DNA of 54,443 nucleotides from Chlamydiales bacterium (GTDB lineage Bacteria; Chlamydiota; Chlamydiia; Chlamydiales; FEN-1388): NCBI GenBank assembly GCA_041737255.1, contig JBGSSB010000115.1, positions 1 to 54,443 of the forward strand, read 5' to 3'. Shown piece by piece: positions 47,512 to 54,443 of this stretch (position 1 is its first letter; each line of letters starts with the position of its first letter). The notes under the pieces were generated by a model. It saw only the letters and a program-made list of their open reading frames with translations, ran no database searches and was not told where the DNA came from. The position numbers and the translations under genes were made by a program.

Positions 47512-49621
47512 CTTACTCCTTTTGTTGCTTTTGTGCACTGGAACACTCTTTGCAGACCCTTCATGCGCACCTACATGCCTTGTTCCCAACCAAGCTGTTA
47601 CAGTATCTGGCTGCTACTGCTTATGTGAAAATTTCACAACACCAATTAGCATTGAGGCCAATGACGTCACCATAGATCTTAACTGCCACAGCGTACAAGC
47701 AGGCGACGCCATAACGGCCGCAATTGAAGCTGATGGATACAGCAATATCACTATAAAAAATGGCTCTGTAAGCAACACCTCAGGGGTTGCTGTTATGATG
47801 ACCAGCTGCTCTGATGTACGCCTTGAAGAGCTTAACATCAACTCATCTGTTGTTGGCTCTGTCTTTGAAGAAGTTACTGGATTTACGATTGAGCGATCAG
47901 AGTATACCTTAAATACCCGCGCTCTACTCATTACCGCACGATTTGATGGCAATGATGTCTTTCCAAGTACAAATGGTACCATAACACATTGTCATATCTA
48001 TGATAATACATCAGTAGGAACTGAAGAGACAACGGGGGGCTCTATCGTAGATATTAGTCAATCTGGCTGCATAGATTTTGACAACGTCACCATCTGTGGA
48101 AACACAAATAATACCACTGAGCTGACTTTTGACAACCTAAGCTATGCGGCGGCAATCGTCAACGTTTTTATGAGCAGTTCTGTTAACTTTTCTGAGTGCA
48201 GTATAAGCGACAATACATCAACTGTAAGAGGACTTGACGATCCTGAATATCCCGGAAATCCACTCTATGCAAAATCAGCACTCATTCCATTCAATTCATC
48301 ATTTTCTATGGATTGTTCATTTACCCACGGATATATCAATCAGAATCACGTTGATGATGGAGTTATTTTCATACTACAAAATTTCACCTCTCCTAACTTT
48401 AGGTGCACTCATAGCCAACTCAATCAAAATCAAGTAACCATGGCAACAAATCCTCGCCCACCTGGTGATTCTTTTATTATAGCGACATTGGGTATTGACC
48501 ACTTCTTTGGTAATAATTTAATCGTGGATACCTGCCAAATAAATGACAATGGGGTCTTTGGTAATGATCCAAACTTGCTATATGGTGCTTTTTGCTACGG
48601 AATAAGAACCCTTTCAGATGGATCAAAAACCCTCAATACACAAACTAATAACCTATACAGTGCATTTGAAACCATAGGTCAAATTATCGTGGGCAATGAT
48701 GGCCTAATAAAGGGATGCCAAGCAAATAACCTCACAAGTGACAGCGTAACTTTTGGAGTTCGTTTGGCTGGTTTTAACAACCTCATTATTGATTGTCAGG
48801 CAAGTGATAACTTTGCACTAGGCACTCCGGTTCCAGAATTTGGAAATCCAGGCGGCGCCTTTGGCTTTGCCTCTTTAGGAGTTGCTGGAAACACCTACGA
48901 AAACTGTGAGGCACACAATAACATAAGTGAATTCTCAATAGGCCTGGGCTTTATTACAGCCGGAGGTGATGACACCCGCTTTATCAACTGTTCAGCTTAT
49001 GGCACAAGAGGTACCGATAGTTTTATATTAAGTGATTTTGGCATTACCATTCAAACAGGAGGTATTGTCTTGCTTCAAGCAAATAGAGGCCTTGTAAGCG
49101 GTGCCAATATCTACAATACCACAGGTACAGCTGATGGTAAAAATCTTCCCTTCGGAGTAGCAGGCATCAGCATTATTTTCTGTAATGACGTCTCTGTTAT
49201 TGACAGCACAGTATTTGATACAAAAGTAGTTCGAGACCCTGGTGAAGATACAATTTTTGCTGCTGGAATATCTGTAGAAGATTCTAATCGTGTAAGCATT
49301 GAAAACTGTATAACAAACGGCTCAACAGCTACAGGCAATAAAGCCTATGGCATAGTGCTTAAGGGAGAAACTACAGATTCATCCGTCAATGACTCTAAAT
49401 CCGTTGGCAACCAATATGCAGGATTTGCGGACTTGACAAAATGCAAAAACTTCTTTTACGGCAACTATGCCGAGAAGAACCACAAAAACTATACTGGTGG
49501 CCGTGGCCCTATTGCAACTTTTAATAAGCACAATGGCAAATACAACCGCATACCAAATAGGTGGTCTAATGTTAGCGTAGTGACAAAATGTCCTGACCAT
49601 AAAAAACATTGTTCACAATAG
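47498..49621 (+). CDS. Secreted right-handed parallel beta-helix protein, Cys-rich
   Basis: Signal peptide; SGCYCLCEN, IEANDVTIDLNCH, NITIKNG; many xxCxxxxN turns. Confidence 0.8.
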   Translation: MKRNNLLLLLLLCTGTLFADPSCAPTCLVPNQAVTVSGCYCLCENFTTPISIEANDVTIDLNCHSVQAGDAITAAIEADGYSNITIKNGSVSNTSGVAVMMTSCSDVRLEELNINSSVVGSVFEEVTGFTIERSEYTLNTRALLITARFDGNDVFPSTNGTITHCHIYDNTSVGTEETTGGSIVDISQSGCIDFDNVTICGNTNNTTELTFDNLSYAAAIVNVFMSSSVNFSECSISDNTSTVRGLDDPEYPGNPLYAKSALIPFNSSFSMDCSFTHGYINQNHVDDGVIFILQNFTSPNFRCTHSQLNQNQVTMATNPRPPGDSFIIATLGIDHFFGNNLIVDTCQINDNGVFGNDPNLLYGAFCYGIRTLSDGSKTLNTQTNNLYSAFETIGQIIVGNDGLIKGCQANNLTSDSVTFGVRLAGFNNLIIDCQASDNFALGTPVPEFGNPGGAFGFASLGVAGNTYENCEAHNNISEFSIGLGFITAGGDDTRFINCSAYGTRGTDSFILSDFGITIQTGGIVLLQANRGLVSGANIYNTTGTADGKNLPFGVAGISIIFCNDVSVIDSTVFDTKVVRDPGEDTIFAAGISVEDSNRVSIENCITNGSTATGNKAYGIVLKGETTDSSVNDSKSVGNQYAGFADLTKCKNFFYGNYAEKNHKNYTGGRGPIATFNKHNGKYNRIPNRWSNVSVVTKCPDHKKHCSQ

Positions 49622-49645
49622 CATCGGACAAATCAAACCACTAAC

Positions 49646-49675
49646 AAAAGAGGCCCTAAAACGGGCCTCTTTTTT
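49646..49675. terminator. Bidirectional intrinsic terminator
   Basis: AAAAGAGGCCC-TAAAAC-GGGCCTCTTTTTT between convergent genes. Confidence 0.88.
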
Positions 49676-49677
49676 AT

Positions 49678-50283
49678 TTAAGAAATTCGCTTTAGGCTTT
49701 TAGAGTAGATCTGAAGTACGATGAGCGGAATAAAAATCAAACAGGCAAGCAGCGCGTTCTGCCCGCCTTGCAACAAAAGATGCACCATAACAAGCCCCTC
49801 TACACTATAGGTCCAGTGATGCAGCCTCTTCCAGCGCTTGCCTCCGATTACGCGAACAGAATAGTCGTTACTCGTAACAGCGAGAAGAAATAAAAGACAA
49901 AGAGCGACAAAGCCCGTCATGGGGACAAGATCCAAAAGATAGGATGGCCAAAAACTGCCCCTTTTACAGATAACCTTCATGATAACAGCTACATAGTGCA
50001 AAAGAGCATAGCCAAAAACAGCAACGCCTATTTGGCGACGAAACCTGTTAAAAAAATTAAGTAAAGTGACAGTTGGCAGCACCCGTCGCAACGGGTTAAG
50101 CACAAGTACAAAAACAAGCAACCCACAGGCTATAAACCCTGTTTGCAGCAAAATAAGCTTCCAGTTTTGCAAATTATAGAGGCCGCAAAAATAGATCGAG
50201 GCCATATATACAAGAGCAGGTAGAGCAAGCAGCAGTGCTGTCACACGTTTTTGAAAAAGGCGACTTTTTGTCATAGCAAACAT
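49678..50283 (-). CDS. msrQ: MsrQ/YedZ-like heme-binding membrane protein (ferric reductase-like)
   Basis: RRQIGVAVFGYALLH, LAVTSN, WKRLHHWTY, MVH. Confidence 0.8.
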   Translation of the reverse strand: MFAMTKSRLFQKRVTALLLALPALVYMASIYFCGLYNLQNWKLILLQTGFIACGLLVFVLVLNPLRRVLPTVTLLNFFNRFRRQIGVAVFGYALLHYVAVIMKVICKRGSFWPSYLLDLVPMTGFVALCLLFLLAVTSNDYSVRVIGGKRWKRLHHWTYSVEGLVMVHLLLQGGQNALLACLIFIPLIVLQIYSKSLKRIS

Positions 50284-50412
50284 CTATAAAAAATTTTCCG
50301 CATAAACACAAGTAGTAATCCACCACCCATTCTTTAGTAGACATAAGCTAAAAAAATCTGCATAAGCGAATATGCCGTTATATATACACCTTTTTGAAGC
50401 AAGGATGAGTAA

Positions 50413-52407
50413 ATGACCTATACATGCCCGATGCATCCACAAATTCGAACAGAATCTCCCGGCCCCTGCCCCATTTGCGGAATGGCACTTGAGCCTACGG
50501 TTCCAGATGATAGCGACAACGAAGAACTTCGCAATATGACCCAGCGCTTTTGGGGGGCGCTTGCCTTAACAATTCTTTCTCTTTTAGCACAAAATAACTA
50601 TGGCCAAGCACTTTTTGCTACACCCGTTGTTTTATGGGCTGGCTTTCCCTTTTTTCAGCGCGGCATAAAATCTACCAATATGTTTACCTTAATATCTATT
50701 GGCATAGCAACAGCCTACCTCTACAGCCTCGTCGCAACGTTTGCCCCATCGATATTTCCAGCATCGATTAAAAGCCCTGATTTATACTTTGAATCAGCAA
50801 ACTGGATCACAAGTCTTGTACTGCTAGGTCAAGTGCTCGAACTAAAAGCTCGAAGCAAAACAAGCGCCGCTTTAAAAAAGCTTATAGGGCTATCCCCAAA
50901 AACGGCCACCCGCATCCAGGACAACGGGCAAGAAGAAGAAATTGCCCTAGATAAAATTAAAAAAGGCGACAAACTACGCGTACGACCCGGAGAAAAAATC
51001 CCCGTAGATGGCAGCGTAGTAGAGGGCAATAGCTGGGTTGATGAATCTATGATTACCGGCGAGCCAACACCTGCAGAAAAAAGCTCAGGCGATCCGCTAA
51101 CAGGTGCCACGCTCAACGGATCTGGAAGCCTTGTAATGATGGCAGAAAAAGTAGGCGATGAAACCATGCTTGCTCGCATCATCCACCTTGTATCAGAAGC
51201 TCAAAGCTCTAAAGCTCCCATCCAACAGCTTGCTGACAAAGTCGCGGGCGTTTTTGTGCCTGTAGTTATTGTCTTGGCAATCATTACTTTTTTTATCTGG
51301 GGTTTTTGGGGGCCTGAGCCTTCGTATGCACATGGACTTATCAACATGGTAGCCGTGTTGATTATTGCCTGCCCTTGCGCACTTGGCCTTGCCACGCCTA
51401 TGTCTATAATGGTAGGTATTGGACGAGCAGCTACGCTAGGAATATTAATTAAAGATGCAGCAAGCCTTGAGGTTTTGGCAAAAGTTAACGCCCTCGTAGT
51501 TGACAAAACGGGCACGCTTACAGAAGGTAAAATCGAGATTAGCAGTATAACATCGCGTCAAGCCGGCAACGAAGATCAGCTTTTACAAAAAGCTGCTAGC
51601 GTTGAAGCATTAAGCGAGCATCCACTATCGCGCGCTGTTGTATCTAAAGCAAAAGAGAAAAACCTTCAGCTATCTCAAGTAGTAGATTTTACCTCTTTTG
51701 CCGGCAAAGGTGTTGTTGGCAAAGTCGACGGGAAACTTATTGCCATAGGTAACAAAAAACTTATGGACCAACAAAAAGTCACAATCGATGAAGAACCAGG
51801 CCAAAACTACATCTCTGAGGATGGAACACTTGTAGGTAGCTTTACAGTATCTGACAAAATAAAGAGCTCAACGCTAGAGGCCATTACTTCCCTACACAAA
51901 AAAGATATCAAAATTGTCATGTTGACAGGCGACAACAAAACCACAGCTGATGCTGTCGGCAAAGAAGTTGGCATTGACCAAGTACATGCAGAAGTTGCCC
52001 CAGAAGATAAAGACACCTATATCAAAAAGCTAAAAGAAGAAGGCCACATCGTCGCCATGGCAGGAGATGGAATCAACGACGCTCCCGCCCTTGCATCAGC
52101 TGATGTCGGTATCGCCATGGGAACAGGCTCTGATATTGCTATAGATACAGCTTCAGTCACTTTAGTAAAGGGAGATTTACGAGCCATAGCAACAGCCATT
52201 GCCTTAAGCCAAGCAACTGTTACCAACATCCGCCAAAACCTTTTTTTTGCCTTTATCTACAACACTCTTGGCATTCCAATAGCCGCAGGCATCCTCTACC
52301 CCTATTTTGGCATACTATTAAGCCCAATCATAGCAAGCGGGGCTATGGCACTCAGCTCACTTTGTGTGATAAGTAATGCCCTTCGCCTCCGCTCTAGTAA
52401 GCTATAG
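50413..52407 (+). CDS. copA: Copper-translocating P1B-type ATPase
   Basis: [54 protein letters not shown]. Confidence 0.93.
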   Translation: MTYTCPMHPQIRTESPGPCPICGMALEPTVPDDSDNEELRNMTQRFWGALALTILSLLAQNNYGQALFATPVVLWAGFPFFQRGIKSTNMFTLISIGIATAYLYSLVATFAPSIFPASIKSPDLYFESANWITSLVLLGQVLELKARSKTSAALKKLIGLSPKTATRIQDNGQEEEIALDKIKKGDKLRVRPGEKIPVDGSVVEGNSWVDESMITGEPTPAEKSSGDPLTGATLNGSGSLVMMAEKVGDETMLARIIHLVSEAQSSKAPIQQLADKVAGVFVPVVIVLAIITFFIWGFWGPEPSYAHGLINMVAVLIIACPCALGLATPMSIMVGIGRAATLGILIKDAASLEVLAKVNALVVDKTGTLTEGKIEISSITSRQAGNEDQLLQKAASVEALSEHPLSRAVVSKAKEKNLQLSQVVDFTSFAGKGVVGKVDGKLIAIGNKKLMDQQKVTIDEEPGQNYISEDGTLVGSFTVSDKIKSSTLEAITSLHKKDIKIVMLTGDNKTTADAVGKEVGIDQVHAEVAPEDKDTYIKKLKEEGHIVAMAGDGINDAPALASADVGIAMGTGSDIAIDTASVTLVKGDLRAIATAIALSQATVTNIRQNLFFAFIYNTLGIPIAAGILYPYFGILLSPIIASGAMALSSLCVISNALRLRSSKL

Positions 52408-52417
52408 CCTTGTGGCC

Positions 52418-54064
52418 TCAGTCTCCATGATGTGCCTGGATGGCCGCATCAATCTTGCGCTTTACCTCTTTGAGGTTAAATGACGCTGGATCCTGCATTG
52501 GAGGATACTCTATAGCTGTAGCGCCAAGTTGCCCCACAATATCTTGCACCATTACAAAGCGCCAGAACTCTCTAGCAAAAAAGCCACTCATGTAATCCCC
52601 TGAGCCTTGCCCTAAATTTAGAATAGAGGTTCGCTCAAATGGATCTTGGCGAAGGTTATAAATGAGCGGCATATCAAGCGTCACCTTTGGTCCTGGCCAG
52701 CCATCAGGCTGATCATAAAACTGATACTTGAAGTTATTGACGCGTACTGCGCCAAGTTCTGCTCCGCCAAAATAAAAAATTTCTTTACGATTAGACGGCT
52801 CTTTTCCCATCAACAGGTCAAGCTGGTTGTAGCCATCAAGATGGTTTTTGTATTCTCTATCACCAAGCTTTACACCCTTTAACAGTTGCTGGGTGATGTT
52901 TGGATTGCCAGCAGCTGCACATAATGTTGGGAACCAGTCGAGCCCTGAAAAAATCCCATTTTCTACAACACCAGGTTTGATTTTTCCAGGCCATCGTATA
53001 ATACAAGGCACACGAAAGCCCCCTTCATAAATAGTACCCTTTTGCATACGAAAAGGTGTCATGCCACCATCTGGCCAGGTGACAACTTCAGCACCATTAT
53101 CTGTTGTCAAAATAACAATGGTATTGTCTTTTTCACCCATGGCATCAAGCTTTTTCATAAGCGCACCGATGATATCATCTGTTTGCGCCATTCCAGCCTC
53201 TTCAATGCCGTAGTTTGTATCGTTGTTCATCATAGCCTTATACTTGGCAGAAAGAAATGTCCAGATGTGCATGCGGGTAGTGTTGTGCCATACAAAAAAA
53301 GGCTTACCAGAGCTTTTTGCTTTATCCATAAATTCACAGGTATCTTTAGTAAGTACATCATCAAAGGTTTCCATGTTGTACTTTACACCCTCTATTGGAT
53401 GCGGAGGCAATGGTCCATCATCGACAATCTTTTGCTTACCTATTTTACCCCAGCGAGGCTGAACTGTTGGATCATCAACATCTGATGCCCAGCAGTGCAG
53501 TACATTTCTTGGGCCATATTTTGCGAGAAATGCGGGATCTTTTGGATAAGAGTGCCAGTAAGGATCAGACATCGCATCAAGGTGATAAAGATAGCCATGA
53601 TATTCATCAAAGCCATGTACTGTTGGAAGGTATTTGTTAAGATCGCCTAAATGATTTTTTCCAAACTGTCCTGTTGAATAGCCTAAAGCCTTTAAAGCTG
53701 TAGCCAAGGTGCAGGCCTCTTTTGGAATACCAATATCAGCACCTGCCTGGCCAACTGTTGTAAGTCCTGTGCGAATTGGAAGCTCGCCTGTAATAAAATT
53801 AGCTCTTCCAGCTGTACAGCTTGCTTCTGCATAATAGTCAGTAAAGCGCATACCTTCGGCTGCTAGCTTATCCATATTAGGCGTTTTACCGGACATAATA
53901 CCTTGGTGATATGCCCCAATATTAAACCAGCCCATATCATCAACCATAATCACTAAGATATTTGGCTGTTTAGCTGATTTTGTTTGCTCTGCTGCTGCGT
54001 ATACAAAAGTGGTTGTAGAGAAAAAAACCCCAATTGCCGCAATAGTTACACGAAAAAGACTCAT
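52418..54064 (-). CDS. Arylsulfatase (Cys-type, formylglycine-dependent), exported
   Basis: Signal peptide, PNILVIMVDDMG, SCTAGRA, GKNHLG, TDNG, KGTIYEGGFRVP. Confidence 0.92.
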   Translation of the reverse strand: MSLFRVTIAAIGVFFSTTTFVYAAAEQTKSAKQPNILVIMVDDMGWFNIGAYHQGIMSGKTPNMDKLAAEGMRFTDYYAEASCTAGRANFITGELPIRTGLTTVGQAGADIGIPKEACTLATALKALGYSTGQFGKNHLGDLNKYLPTVHGFDEYHGYLYHLDAMSDPYWHSYPKDPAFLAKYGPRNVLHCWASDVDDPTVQPRWGKIGKQKIVDDGPLPPHPIEGVKYNMETFDDVLTKDTCEFMDKAKSSGKPFFVWHNTTRMHIWTFLSAKYKAMMNNDTNYGIEEAGMAQTDDIIGALMKKLDAMGEKDNTIVILTTDNGAEVVTWPDGGMTPFRMQKGTIYEGGFRVPCIIRWPGKIKPGVVENGIFSGLDWFPTLCAAAGNPNITQQLLKGVKLGDREYKNHLDGYNQLDLLMGKEPSNRKEIFYFGGAELGAVRVNNFKYQFYDQPDGWPGPKVTLDMPLIYNLRQDPFERTSILNLGQGSGDYMSGFFAREFWRFVMVQDIVGQLGATAIEYPPMQDPASFNLKEVKRKIDAAIQAHHGD

Positions 54065-54315
54065 CCTGCACCCCTATTCAAAAAATTTTTGGATTATTTT
54101 TTTGAATACACTGGCGCAATCAGTTTGTCAATTTAATTATTAAAATCAAGACTTAGCTATGAGACTTGCACCAGATGATGCACATATCTGGTACAGGCGT
54201 GGGATTGTCTCTACATCCTGTCCTACGAATAGAGCAGCTAGCGGGGTGCGATCGCCTCGTCTACTCTACTTATTTTTTCGTTCTCTACAGTAGTCGTAAA
54301 TTCAAATAATAAAAA

Positions 54316-54344
54316 TTGACATCTGAAAAGTATTTAATTATAAA
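54316..54344 (+). promoter_or_regulatory. Sigma70/sigma66-type promoter
   Basis: TTGACA-N17-TATAAA. Confidence 0.6.
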
Positions 54345-54384
54345 TCGATTACATAAATTTTTTCGTGTGGATATGGAGGTGCTC

Positions 54385-54443
54385 ATGCAAGCTCCGCAAC
54401 CACAATACAATCATTTTTCACAATGGAGCAGTATTTATGCAGC
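54385..54443 (+). CDS. 5' fragment of a gene running off the window
   Basis: GGAGG RBS, ATG, open frame MQAPQPQYNHFSQWSSIYA to the window end. Confidence 0.5.
   Translation, partial: MQAPQPQYNHFSQWSSIYA

Noticed and set aside
70-53640. Numerous 60-170 aa ORFs overlapping larger genes (e.g. 70..306, 11993..12328, 33331..33783, 39088..39606, 53042..53485)
   Set aside because: Antisense or out-of-frame shadows of well-supported CDSs, with no motifs or RBS
1-54443. tRNA, rRNA, transposase, integrase or prophage genes
   Set aside because: None recognised by eye; small structured RNAs in the intergenic gaps (21202-21562, 23192-23390, 28745-29250) cannot be excluded without an Rfam/Infernal search

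Overview
Gene-dense, moderately AT-rich bacterial window, most likely from an environmental (host-associated) member of the Chlamydiota. This is inferred from the chlamydial-type one-Cys DksA next to lspA, a DUF648-like N-terminus, a DUF2608-like protein and many eukaryote-directed effector-like genes. Housekeeping and stress genes (dksA-lspA-hyp-cinA-hyp, Hsp20 under two CIRCE elements, ndh, tpx, putA, rarA, copA, msrQ-like, sulfatase) are interspersed with accessory loci. Main observations: (1) a single-ORF DarT-DarG (DNA ADP-ribosyltransferase plus macrodomain hydrolase) fusion whose linker carries eukaryotic nuclear motifs (two IDLT-type SUMO-interacting motifs, two psiKxE SUMO sites, an SPKR CDK site, a PIP-box-like motif); it ends a co-oriented kinase / NLS-protein / double pseudo-Fic cluster, and a Ulp1/SENP-like protease lies elsewhere in the window. 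(2) A 1751-codon secreted choice-of-anchor-B / trypsin-like / PDZ-like gene interrupted by one in-frame UGA that is followed immediately by a stem-loop, with a divergent frameshifted mini-paralogue of its N-terminal 21-residue-repeat stalk. (3) A 1.4 kb AAA-ATPase mini-island bounded by a 79-bp direct repeat, plus two MITE-like elements with related ends. No rRNA, tRNA, CRISPR array or transposase was recognised. All family calls come from motif recognition by eye, not from database searches.
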